Assembly (NCBI GenBank): GCA_009780065.1
Contig: WRAS01000001.1
Coordinates: 188,140-252,139 of the forward strand
Length of the DNA stretch: 64,000 bases
From: Bacillota bacterium
GTDB lineage: Bacteria > Bacillota > Clostridia > Christensenellales > UBA1242
Reading direction: 5' to 3'
The translations under genes and the position numbers were made by a program. Positions within the stretch are counted from its first letter, which is position 1. Each line of letters begins with the position of its first letter. The notes under the pieces were generated by a model. The model searched no databases and had not been told where the DNA came from. It saw nothing but the letters and a program-made list of their open reading frames with translations. Positions 30,066-39,815 of the stretch are shown here, in pieces.

Positions 30066-31433
30066 ATGACTTATGAAGAATATCTTGCCAGTTTTTTAAC
30101 TATAACGCGCGAACCAACTTTGGATGTAACCAAGTTTTTTATGCAACGTTTGAATAACCCTCATCAAAAATTTAAATCTGTACATGTCGCGGGTACCAAT
30201 GGCAAGGGCAGCGTTGTGGAAACATTGTACTCGATTTTGCAAGTTGGGGGATATAAAGTCGGCAAATTTATCAGCCCGTATCTAATCGAATTTAACGAGT
30301 ACATCAGTATCAATGGCACAAACATAACGGACGAAGAAATCAACGAGTATATCGAAATACTAAAGCCATTGGTAAACGAATACCAGGATAAATATGGGAA
30401 AGATGCCGTCAAACATTGGGATATTTTGACATCTATGGCGTATATGCACTTTTCAAAACATCGTGTAGATATTGCAATAATCGAGGTTGGAATGGGAGGT
30501 ACCTGGGATTCCACCAATGTTATAACACCACTGGTGTCTGTGATTACTAAAATTCATTTTGACCATAAAGAGGTTCTTGGCAATACGATTCGCGAAATTG
30601 CTGCAAACAAGGCTGGTATCATAAAGCATACTGTACCAGTTGTAACAGGTAACCACAAAACGGCATTAACGGTAATAGAGGAACGTGCACGTGCCATGAA
30701 TTCACCAATAATCCGCGTATTATCAAAAGATGCAACCGCAAAAAATTTCAGACACAATCAACCAATGACAATCCGGTACAAGGGCAAGGAATACCATATT
30801 AAATTAAAGGGAAGGCATCAGGCGGTGAACACCGCACTTGCGCTGGAGGCATTGTTTATTTTGGAGAACATGGGTTTTCCAATTGGAAAAGAAAAAATTG
30901 ATGCCGGGTTGTTAAACGTATCACACCCAGCACGGTTCGAGGTAATCAGCGACAAACCAATCGTAATTTTTGATGGTGCACACAATGCAGACAGTCTTCG
31001 CGGATTCATGGAATTGATTCGTGATTACTATAAGTTAAAGCCAAAAAATAAACTGTTTATCATTGCAATGCTTGAGCGAAAAGATCCGGACGAGGCTATG
31101 GCAGAACTTGCCAAACGCCTCCCGCGAAACAGCACAATCGTTTTTACATGTGGTGTCAATGTGACACATGAAAAAGACTCTGGAACCCAGAATGATTCGT
31201 CACGCGAATTCCATTCGGCGCAAACATTGCAGCAGTCGTATCTTAAATTCGATAAAAAACACAAACAAACTGGAAATGGTACGTCAGAAAGACGTGGTCA
31301 TTCCACAACCAAGTGCATGGACTTTTGTGATATACTTGGATTGGTAACAAAAAATCATTTCCCAGAAACATGCATTTTTATAATTGGGTCATTTAAAACA
31401 TACAAAACAACAAAGGAGGTACTATGCCGATAA
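30066..31433 (+). CDS. folC: folylpolyglutamate synthase/dihydrofolate synthase
   Basis: Mur-ligase P-loop VHVAGTNGKGSV. Also EVGMGGTWDSTN and DGAHN. Confidence 0.9.
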   Translation: MTYEEYLASFLTITREPTLDVTKFFMQRLNNPHQKFKSVHVAGTNGKGSVVETLYSILQVGGYKVGKFISPYLIEFNEYISINGTNITDEEINEYIEILKPLVNEYQDKYGKDAVKHWDILTSMAYMHFSKHRVDIAIIEVGMGGTWDSTNVITPLVSVITKIHFDHKEVLGNTIREIAANKAGIIKHTVPVVTGNHKTALTVIEERARAMNSPIIRVLSKDATAKNFRHNQPMTIRYKGKEYHIKLKGRHQAVNTALALEALFILENMGFPIGKEKIDAGLLNVSHPARFEVISDKPIVIFDGAHNADSLRGFMELIRDYYKLKPKNKLFIIAMLERKDPDEAMAELAKRLPRNSTIVFTCGVNVTHEKDSGTQNDSSREFHSAQTLQQSYLKFDKKHKQTGNGTSERRGHSTTKCMDFCDILGLVTKNHFPETCIFIIGSFKTYKTTKEVLCR

Positions 31434-32164
31434 TTACTAAACTAGAGGCACAAAAAAATAACAAAGACAGATTATCTGTTTTCGTGGATAACGAATTCTT
31501 CTGTGGTATTACACTGGACCATGCGATTAAATATAATATCGTGACAGGGAAAGAATTAACCGAAGCGGAACTTGCATTGTTACTTAGTGAAAGTGGCGAG
31601 AACGATTTGTACCTAAAGGCACTTGGATACATATTAAAAAGCCCGCGCACAGAACGCGAAATAACCATTTATTTATACAAAAAAGATGCTAGTTCAGAAA
31701 CAGTCGGCAAGATAATTGAACGCCTTAAAACCATGAACTATATCAATGACGAGGCCTATGCAAAAATGTTTACCGAACAAAAGAGTGGAAAACTTGGTAT
31801 TGGTGCAATTAGAAGCAAATTGACATTTCGTGGAATTCATATGGAGATTATTGACCGTTCCTTAGACGAAGTTGAAAATCAAACGCAAGATGAATTGGCA
31901 CAGGCAGTTGCAGAAAAATATATGCGCAACAAAGATCGTGATCCAAAAACACTGCAAAAGTTATATAGACATCTTGCCAGTAAAGGTTTCGATTTTGAAT
32001 TATGCTCGCGTGTTGTGGAAGAACAAAAAAAAGATGTTACCGAGGACATGATGAACGAGTATCGTGACAAGTGGGAAGAACTGCGCCAGGCAAAACTGGA
32101 AATGAAAAAACGCAAAAAGGAACTGAAAGACCTTAAGAAACAAATACTGGAAAGTGGTGAATGA
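31424..32164 (+). CDS. recX: RecX family regulator
   Basis: Three-helical repeat pattern: ALGYILKSPRTEREITIYLYKK and IERLKTMNYINDEAYAKMF. Confidence 0.85.
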   Translation: MPIITKLEAQKNNKDRLSVFVDNEFFCGITLDHAIKYNIVTGKELTEAELALLLSESGENDLYLKALGYILKSPRTEREITIYLYKKDASSETVGKIIERLKTMNYINDEAYAKMFTEQKSGKLGIGAIRSKLTFRGIHMEIIDRSLDEVENQTQDELAQAVAEKYMRNKDRDPKTLQKLYRHLASKGFDFELCSRVVEEQKKDVTEDMMNEYRDKWEELRQAKLEMKKRKKELKDLKKQILESGE

Positions 32165-32517
32165 TGAAAATAGGTATAGATATTCAAGATGTATCACGAA
32201 TGAAAAAAATTAAAGATGATAATATTAATCGTATTTTTTCACCTTCCGAGATTGAATACATCACCAGAAAAAATAATTCGCCGCAAACAATGGCGGGATT
32301 GTATGCGGCAAAAGAAGCATTCATTAAAGCATCTGGAATTCCCGTCGGCCACAATAAACTAAAGGATATCGAGATTATTCACACACAACAGGGGGCACCA
32401 TGCTATAACATCTTGGATGAAAATATCGGGAATGTTATGATGACATATGAACTTAGTATAAGCCACACCAAAAACACTGCAGTTGCGGTTTGTGTCGCAT
32501 TAAAGGCACAAAAATAG
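32161..32517 (+). CDS. acpS: holo-[acyl-carrier-protein] synthase
   Basis: IGIDIQDVSRM, AAKEAFIKA and LSISHT. Confidence 0.9.
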   Translation: MMKIGIDIQDVSRMKKIKDDNINRIFSPSEIEYITRKNNSPQTMAGLYAAKEAFIKASGIPVGHNKLKDIEIIHTQQGAPCYNILDENIGNVMMTYELSISHTKNTAVAVCVALKAQK

Positions 32518-32550
32518 GAAAAATCCAACTTTATCCGTATATATGTTCAT

Positions 32551-34311
32551 ATGACGAATAATTGGAATGATTTTGTCGAACAGGTTAAACTTGCCAACAA
32601 TATCGTGGGTGTGACAAGCCGTTATATCCAATTAAAGGCAAAGGGTCGTAACCATTGGGGTCTTTGCCCGTTTCATCATGAAAAGACACCCAGTTTCGCA
32701 ATAAACGAAACTGGTCAATATTATAAATGTTTTGGGTGCCATCAAAGCGGGAATGTTATCAGTTTGGTCAAACAATTGGAAAGCACGGACTTTATGGGCG
32801 CAATAGAATTCCTTGCAAAATGGGCGAATCTGGAAATGCCAAAGGTTACAAGTGATCCGGAATATTCAAAAAAGAAAGAAAAAAAAGAACGGGTTTTGGA
32901 AATCTTGGAACATGCCCGAAAGTTTTATTGTGACAATCTTTACAAATCGGACGAGCGTGCAAAGGGTGTATTAAAATACCTACACGACCGTGGTATAAAT
33001 GATGAACTGATCAAGACATTTAATATTGGGTTATCCAATGATTGGGATGCTATGGTTAATTTGTTAAAGAAAAAAGGCTACAGCGAACAAGACCTAATAG
33101 ACGCAGGTGTTGCCGCCAAGAGCGAAAAGGGTCGTGTCTATGACGCGATGGCTGAACGTATTACATTTGCGATTTTTGATATATACAATTCATGTATTGG
33201 ATTTACAGGCAGAACTCTAAGTAAAGAAAAAGATGTTGCTAAATACCGCAACACAGCCCAGACAATTGTCTTTGACAAATCTAATCTTGTGTATGGTGTG
33301 GATGTCTTGAAAAAAAACAAACTAACAAATTTTGTAGAGAACCTCATAGTTGTCGAGGGGAACGTAGACGTCATTACATTGGTTGGGGCAGGTTTTCTGA
33401 ATACTGTGGCATGTATGGGGACCGCAGTAACGCAATTCCATGCACGCATATTCAAACGGTTCTCGTCCAATGTTTATATGTGTTTTGATGGCGACGAAAG
33501 TGGTAAAAAAGCCACGCTTCGTGGCGTGGATATTTTGGCAAACGAAGGCTTGAATGTTCGCGTGGTTTCGCTTCCAAAGGACACCGATCCAGATGACTTT
33601 ATACAAAAAAATGGGAAAGAGGCATTCTTGGAATTACTACATGATGCAAAGCCTCTTATTGACTATAAACTGGATTTCATTCGGGAATCATCTAATCTTA
33701 AAGATAACCTTGGCAAAGCGGAATATCTTAAACGCGCGGTCGAGGTATTGAAACCCCTGAAAAATACACCCGAATTGGAACTGTATACGCCAAAGGTTGC
33801 GCAAACTGCAGGTGTTTCCACAGACACAATTGAGCGTTCTATAAACGATGGTATTGCCAAGAAAAAGGATTCGCCAAAGCCAGAAGCCCAAGTGCCAAGG
33901 ACCCCAAGTGGTGACAAATATACAAAGGCAGAAAATTACGTATTGCATTTGCTCGTCAGTGGTGATAAAATTCTTGATATTGATTTGGTACTGGAATTTG
34001 AATTTGGAAATAACTTTTATAATCGTCTTGTAAAGCGAATTCATGATTATAAAAAGAGTGGTAAGGAGTTCAAAGTTGGATATATCCTAGACGACTTGGA
34101 TGACGAAGAACGGGCACTGATAGACGTCTTGCTGGCAGGACAAGAAATGTTAGGAGAGACCGAAAAGTTAAAGCATATGCAAGGTTGTATCGAAACGCTG
34201 AACGAGGCTAAATATCTAAAGCAGCGTGATGAACTGATGCGACAATGGAACGAAACGCAAGATGCAAAAATACTAGTACAGATTAACGAACTGAAAAAGA
34301 GGAAGGTGTAG
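32551..34311 (+). CDS. dnaG: DNA primase
   Basis: Zinc finger CPFHHEKTPSFAINETGQYYKCFGCHQSGNV. The TOPRIM region contains VVEGNVDV and DGDESG. Confidence 0.95.
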   Translation: MTNNWNDFVEQVKLANNIVGVTSRYIQLKAKGRNHWGLCPFHHEKTPSFAINETGQYYKCFGCHQSGNVISLVKQLESTDFMGAIEFLAKWANLEMPKVTSDPEYSKKKEKKERVLEILEHARKFYCDNLYKSDERAKGVLKYLHDRGINDELIKTFNIGLSNDWDAMVNLLKKKGYSEQDLIDAGVAAKSEKGRVYDAMAERITFAIFDIYNSCIGFTGRTLSKEKDVAKYRNTAQTIVFDKSNLVYGVDVLKKNKLTNFVENLIVVEGNVDVITLVGAGFLNTVACMGTAVTQFHARIFKRFSSNVYMCFDGDESGKKATLRGVDILANEGLNVRVVSLPKDTDPDDFIQKNGKEAFLELLHDAKPLIDYKLDFIRESSNLKDNLGKAEYLKRAVEVLKPLKNTPELELYTPKVAQTAGVSTDTIERSINDGIAKKKDSPKPEAQVPRTPSGDKYTKAENYVLHLLVSGDKILDIDLVLEFEFGNNFYNRLVKRIHDYKKSGKEFKVGYILDDLDDEERALIDVLLAGQEMLGETEKLKHMQGCIETLNEAKYLKQRDELMRQWNETQDAKILVQINELKKRKV

Positions 34312-34314
34312 CAG

Positions 34315-36156
34315 ATGGGATTGTTTTCCAGAAAAAAGAAAGAAGAAAAAAAAGTTGAGCAACCAACAAACACGCCAAAACAAATAGAGCCCGTAGCACA
34401 AGAGCCGGTGATTTCGCCGACACCAGAAAAAAAACAGCCAACCAAAAAAGTGACACCAGTAAAAGAGGCAAAAGTTGGAACAAAAAAAACTGATACAAAG
34501 CATGCTGCGAAACCAACCTCAAAAGTAAAACCAGTTCAAAAAACCACCCCAAAGAAAGAAACAAAAAAGCCAGAACCCAAGGTTGAAACAAAACCTGTGG
34601 TAAAAATTGTTGCAAGGGTAAAGGTCGAAGAATCTCAATTACCTGTTGCTAAAAAACCGGAAACAAAAGTTAAAAAGAAAGTTGCAACGAAACCTGCTAC
34701 CAAGGCAAAACCATCAACCGCAAAAAAACCGATAGCAAAGATAGCAGAGAAAAAGGCCCCAGTAAAACAATCTGTCAAAAAGGTGGAAGTCAAAAAAACA
34801 GAGAAGATAACAGAGAAAAAAGTTACAGAAAAACCAATGCCAAAAGCACCGATTAAACAAGTTGAAAAGAAAGCCCCAGTCAGAAAGGTACCCGCAAAGA
34901 AAGAGGTCTCAACTAAAAGGGTCGAAGTCCAAAAAACCGAAGATAAGGTACAAACGGCAATTGCAGAAAAGCCTGTTGAAATTGCAACGCCAAAACCAGA
35001 AAAAACAAAAAAGCAAACACCAGTCAAAGAAGAAGTGAAGCCAGTTATAGAGGAAACAAAAAAGAACGAAGCAAAAGATGGCGAGGTCGAATTTTCCAAA
35101 CCAGAAATTGAATATTTGTTACACCGCTTTATTGAGACGGGTACCAAATATGGTTTCGTTAATGAAGACAATATGTACATGAACTTTGTCGAGGCAGGTG
35201 CCAGTGCCGATGATGTAGATCTTGCAATCGAAGAAATAAAACGCCAGGGCATCTTTGTAAAAAAATCAAGCGAACTGGAACCTGGTAAAGGCGAAGACGT
35301 AGAAAAGATAATAGCCGCCAGCAGCGTGGACGACAGTGTCAAAAGTTACCTCCGTGAAATTGGGCGTCATCCATTGTTAACGGTGGAAGAAGAATCCGAG
35401 GTCGCCAAGCGAATGGCAGAGGGTTGTGAGGAGGCAAAAGTACGCCTTAACCAAGCCAACCTGCGTTTGGTTGTGCACATTGCAAAGCGTTATACAAACC
35501 GAACCAGTTTACAATTCCAAGACCTTATCCAAGAGGGCAACATCGGGCTTATGCGTGCGGTGGAAAAATTTGACTACCGAAAGGGTTTTCGATTTTCAAC
35601 ATACGCAACATGGTGGATTCGACAATCTATAACACGTGCAATGGCAGACCAAAGCCGTCTTATCCGAATTCCGGTACACATGGTGGAAACGATAAACAGA
35701 TTGTTAAAAGCCACAAGATTATTGCAACAAGAAATGGGTCGCGAACCCACCACCCAGGAACTGTCAAACCACCTTGGAATGACCCCTGAAAAAATCGAAG
35801 AAATTCGCCGTATCAGCCAAGACACAACCAGTATCGATTCGCCCCTCGGCGAAGACGGGGACGGTGTAATTGGTGACACAATTGCGGATACCCAAATCGA
35901 AGACCCAGCCAGCCGTGCCCAAGGTCTAATGTTAAAGGAACAATTGCTTGCGGTTATAAATGGACTCACCCCACGTGAACAAAAGGTTATTCGTTTGCGT
36001 TATGGAATCGACGACGGCAAACCACGGACACTGGAAGAGGTCGGTAAAGAATTCCGCGTCACCCGTGAACGTATCCGTCAGATCGAGGCAAAGGCACTAA
36101 GAAAACTGCGAAACCCTATGCGTATGCGAAGATTAAAAGATTTTATAGAGGAATAA
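34315..36156 (+). CDS. rpoD: primary RNA polymerase sigma factor (sigma-70/SigA) with a Lys-rich N-terminal extension of about 270 aa
   Basis: [49 protein letters not shown] and [20 protein letters not shown]. The N-terminus is K/P/E/T/V low complexity. Confidence 0.95.
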   Translation: MGLFSRKKKEEKKVEQPTNTPKQIEPVAQEPVISPTPEKKQPTKKVTPVKEAKVGTKKTDTKHAAKPTSKVKPVQKTTPKKETKKPEPKVETKPVVKIVARVKVEESQLPVAKKPETKVKKKVATKPATKAKPSTAKKPIAKIAEKKAPVKQSVKKVEVKKTEKITEKKVTEKPMPKAPIKQVEKKAPVRKVPAKKEVSTKRVEVQKTEDKVQTAIAEKPVEIATPKPEKTKKQTPVKEEVKPVIEETKKNEAKDGEVEFSKPEIEYLLHRFIETGTKYGFVNEDNMYMNFVEAGASADDVDLAIEEIKRQGIFVKKSSELEPGKGEDVEKIIAASSVDDSVKSYLREIGRHPLLTVEEESEVAKRMAEGCEEAKVRLNQANLRLVVHIAKRYTNRTSLQFQDLIQEGNIGLMRAVEKFDYRKGFRFSTYATWWIRQSITRAMADQSRLIRIPVHMVETINRLLKATRLLQQEMGREPTTQELSNHLGMTPEKIEEIRRISQDTTSIDSPLGEDGDGVIGDTIADTQIEDPASRAQGLMLKEQLLAVINGLTPREQKVIRLRYGIDDGKPRTLEEVGKEFRVTRERIRQIEAKALRKLRNPMRMRRLKDFIEE

Positions 36157-36173
36157 AAACTATCCAAAAATAC

Positions 36174-36200
36174 TTGACTTAATATATATATATATATACT
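36174..36200 (+). promoter_or_regulatory. candidate promoter whose spacer is a TA dinucleotide repeat
   Basis: TTGACT (36174-36179), a 15-nt spacer made almost entirely of TA repeats, then TATACT (36195-36200). Confidence 0.45.
36182..36198. repeat. (TA)8 microsatellite
   Basis: 17-nt perfect alternating run, atatatatatatatata. Confidence 0.95.
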
Positions 36201-36234
36201 TTCCCTAAATTCTAATTTTAGGAGGGAAAGATAG

Positions 36235-36660
36235 ATGACATTCAAAGAGATCCAAAAAGAACTTAAAAATGGTATATATTCTGGATATGAAATTCAAATA
36301 GCAAAGGAGGTAATAGATTTAATTAGTGGCAAAGCTGTTTTTGAGGGCAGCAGGTATTCAACATTATGTAAATTAAATTTAACCGAGAACACAAAAGACC
36401 AAGCAATCGCAGTGTCAATTGCCGAGAAATTAAAATTACTTCCGATGAAACTCAGACTAATGTTTGATAGTCATTTTGAACAAGAAGCAGATAATATGCA
36501 ATATTTTATTGCAAAGGAATCATCCAAAGATGCAATCGAGACTGGAAACCAAGCGGATATTGAAAATGTACAGATACAACACAGACGTCTTGCAGACTTT
36601 GAACTGGCAAACGAATCTGTTAGAAAGAAAAGAGAACCATCGCAAGATGTTGAAAAATAA
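36235..36660 (+). CDS. hypothetical protein, 141 aa
   Basis: ORF track. AGGAGGG lies 8 nt upstream. I recognise no motif. Confidence 0.55.
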   Translation: MTFKEIQKELKNGIYSGYEIQIAKEVIDLISGKAVFEGSRYSTLCKLNLTENTKDQAIAVSIAEKLKLLPMKLRLMFDSHFEQEADNMQYFIAKESSKDAIETGNQADIENVQIQHRRLADFELANESVRKKREPSQDVEK

Positions 36661-36672
36661 TAAACAAAAGAG

Positions 36673-36703
36673 TCACTTACATCGTAAAGGAAGTGATTTT
36701 TTT
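36673..36703 (+). terminator. rho-independent terminator
   Basis: TCACTT (36673-36678) pairs with AAGTGA (36691-36696), followed by T7. Confidence 0.55.
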
Positions 36704-36761
36704 GTACATCAATTTTCCCAGCAATATTGACTTTGTGGGGTGTTTTTATATATAATTATAA

Positions 36762-39031
36762 ATGGAATTAGCCAAAAAGCGTGCCATTTCAGATGTCCAA
36801 AATTCAAAAGGAAAGTTGAATAATGTCATACTGGCTGCGCTGGTTTCTGATTTGCAACGCGGGCCATACGAACCATTGGCAGTAGGGGTTTTGGCAGGCG
36901 CGTTATTGGAAGAAATCCCAGATATAAATGTTTACATTAGCACAGTAAGGCAGAGTGACATTCAAAATTTTGTTAAAATGTGTTCACTGTTGGATCCAAC
37001 TACAATTGGTTTATCAATCCCACAAGGAACCGCAGATATCGCAAAATCAATATTAGACAAAATTCATGGAAAAACAAACGCAGCCATCGTTGTTGGTCAC
37101 GCGATCCCAACCAGAGGTAACGATCTTGCACAAGAATATCCAGACATAACGCCAATAAAAGGTTGGGGCGAAAACCAACTGGTAAATATTGTTCAAAAAA
37201 GACTTGGGCGCGAACCAATAGAGGACAAAGGTAAATCATATGTCCCTGTAAGAGTTGGCGAACCAAATGAATACATAAGACGAATCGAAGCAAGCCGTGG
37301 ATGCAATTACGGTAGGTGCTTTTTTTGTACGCGCCCGGATGATACTCATTCACCAAAATGGAAACCCGTGGACTTGGACGTCATTCGTAAACAACTGGAT
37401 GAATTAACCGAAATGGGCGTAACATCATTTGCTTTTACTGACGAGGATTTTGCTGGCAACCCAAAACAAATCCCGGAATTGACGAACTTGCTTGGGCAAT
37501 ATAACTTTAAATTTTCGTCTGCAATGTGTGTGGAAACAATTATTCCAATAATCCAGGACAAAGACAAATCCGTGCCGACCAAATAAAAGATTTGGCAAAT
37601 GTTGGTTTAAGTCAGGTATTCATGGGTGTCGAATCGTTCGTTGAAACACAACAAAAGCGATACAACAAACATCTTCATGGTGGCAGGCAATCATGTACAG
37701 ATGCAATAAATCTTCTGACCCAATCAGGTGTTGATATTGAAATGGGATTAATTGTATTTGACCCAAAATCTACAAAAGCTGAACTTGCCGAAACTGCTAA
37801 TATTTTGCTGGGGGGGGGTGACCTATATAAAGCCCTTGACCATCCATTCAGTAAACTTAAACTTGGTGAGGGATCGTTGCTCGCACAAAAATATGATTTG
37901 GGCAAAGAAAAATTGTCATATAATACACTAAACTATGACTGGGAATTTGAAGACGCCGAAGTTGGGGAGATATACAAAAAATGTAACGATTGGTTCAGAC
38001 CACTTCACCCGTCATATTCTTTGGCGCGCTCTTTGATTCGTTCATTGCCTGATGATGAAAATGTCCGTGAACAACTTGCGTCACAAATGTCAAAAATAAG
38101 ACAACAATTTGTACTTTTGTTGCAATCATCAATTGAAAAAGATGATAACGAATTTAAAAGTTATTCAGAATCTGCAAAACAGGTTGTAATAAATGCACTG
38201 AAACTAATTGGTAATATTGCACGTACCAGTGGACTGTTTGATACACAAAAAACACATATTCAATTGGAGCAAAGTCTTAAAAACTTAAGAACAGAACCAG
38301 AAAAGAAAAAGAAACCAATCTCCATGACAGATTTTGGATTTTCGGTTGAAGGTTGGGAAACAAAACAACAAAAACTACAAGAAAACAATCTACCACACCA
38401 AAATAAACTCTGTGGTGATTTAAATGATTTTGTTGCAAACCCAACCTCGATATTGGATGCGCTTAAACGCGAAGACTATTACAAAGGCAAGTTTTATCTG
38501 AAAATCATCAAAGCAAGCGGCAGCAACAAGAAGATAGTCGGCGATCAAAATGATGTGATAAACTTTGCAATACAAAATTTTGAACCCGGTGACCAGTATG
38601 AAATAATGGCGGCACTTGAAAGCCAAATTGGTGCAATCGCAATAAAAAAGGATGATGTATATCTGGAATTTGGTGAAACAGATGCCAGCTACTTTGGCCT
38701 AGACAAAGTAAAACACAGTTCGCCAGATGCAACTATCCACCTTAGTAATCCCAGTGATGCCAATCTTCTGCAAAATGCAACCACTTTCAGTGAATCAGAC
38801 ATGGTAATGTTCACAGAGTTAATTACCCAGTATCTGCCAACCAAGCAGGGAATAAGATACAAATCAGACGAAGACAATGGAATCGAGCACTATGCAATCC
38901 CGCACTATTACGAAGCAATGCTTTACCAAAATAATAATGAAGAATGGCAAGTATTATTTAGCGACATGTCCAAAGATCAACATTATGCCGGTGTCAATTA
39001 CGAGGCACATCGCCAAAACGACAGGGCATAA
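36762..39031 (+). pseudogene. B12-binding-domain-like radical SAM protein split into two overlapping ORFs by a frame change (36762-37586 and 37526-39031)
   Basis: ORF1 has a Rossmann-like N-domain, then RIEASRGCNYGRCFFCTRP, then FAFTDEDF. ORF2 is offset by -1 and continues the rSAM barrel with IKDLANVGLSQVFMGVESF and VDIEMGLIVFDPKST. It then has about 300 aa with no motif I recognise. Confidence 0.7.
37810..37818 (+). repeat. G9 homopolymer inside the radical SAM gene
   Basis: gctGGGGGGGGGtgac, coding LGGGD. Confidence 0.95.
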
Positions 39032-39088
39032 ACACTTTTGTTGCAGTTGTTAAAAGGTTGTGCTAAACTGTGTGATTGAGAGGTAAAA

Positions 39089-39793
39089 ATGATAAAAGCA
39101 TTACTGGATTATCAGGAAAAGGAAAAAGAAAAACTGAACATAATCGCAACCGTCGAAGGTGGCAAGGTCAAACGTGAATTGGACGAGGCAATGCGTATTT
39201 TTGAAAATGCAAAAAACGCGTCTCTTGCATTGGATGAGGAATCCAAGCAACTCGTGTCCACTGTGGAAACTTTGAAAAAGGAAAATGCTACTGCAGTCAA
39301 ATCAATGGAAGCCCTTGTAAAGGGCGCAAACAATGCAACAGACGAAGAAAAAATCAACGAACAAATTTCCGAGGTTTCAAAATTATTTAACAAGGTTGCG
39401 GGGATGGAAACCCAACTTGGCGATATTATTCGAAAGATAAACGACAAAAATGCAAAGTTCGAAATCGAGGTTGCAAATTTGAAAAAAAGCCAAGGCGCAA
39501 TCAAAACATTACAGGAACAATATGCAAAACAAAAAGAAAAAACCGACGAAATGATAAAGCCAATTGATGCCGCATTGAAAAAATTGGAACCATCTGTGGA
39601 TGCGAAACTGTTGGAAAAATATAAAAAAGCCAGGTTGTCCAGTCGCGCGCGTGCGGGCGACGTTGTTATCCGTTTGGTTGGGAATAACTGTGGTGCATGT
39701 CATTTCGAAATACCATTGTCCATGATTCACAAAATCACAACAGACGGATATATTTCGTGCGAGGAATGTGGAAAAATAATTTACAAAGCTTAA
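39089..39793 (+). CDS. coiled-coil protein with C-terminal C4 zinc ribbon (COG1579/DUF164 type)
   Basis: A long coiled coil is followed by NNCGACHFEIP...ISCEECGKIIY. Confidence 0.75.
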   Translation: MIKALLDYQEKEKEKLNIIATVEGGKVKRELDEAMRIFENAKNASLALDEESKQLVSTVETLKKENATAVKSMEALVKGANNATDEEKINEQISEVSKLFNKVAGMETQLGDIIRKINDKNAKFEIEVANLKKSQGAIKTLQEQYAKQKEKTDEMIKPIDAALKKLEPSVDAKLLEKYKKARLSSRARAGDVVIRLVGNNCGACHFEIPLSMIHKITTDGYISCEECGKIIYKA

Positions 39794-39815
39794 AGCATAA
39801 AGTGGGGACAATGAC

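Noticed and set aside
34635-35342. 235-aa minus-strand ORF.
   Set aside because: It is a shadow ORF antisense to the lysine-rich (AAR-rich) low-complexity part of rpoD. Its translation is an F/S/T low-complexity mirror image.
36199-36230. Imperfect inverted repeat CTTTCCCTAAA ... TTTAGGaGGGAAAG that could sequester the SD of the 141-aa gene.
   Set aside because: Its 5' arm overlaps the predicted -10 box. It would therefore be absent from transcripts starting at that promoter, and only rpoD read-through RNA could form it. It was not evaluated thermodynamically, so it is kept only as a note.
37526-37586. Programmed -1 ribosomal frameshift joining the two radical SAM ORFs.
   Set aside because: There is no X-XXY-YYZ slippery heptamer in the 61-nt overlap, and no obvious downstream hairpin or pseudoknot. 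A mutation or assembly indel is the more economical explanation.
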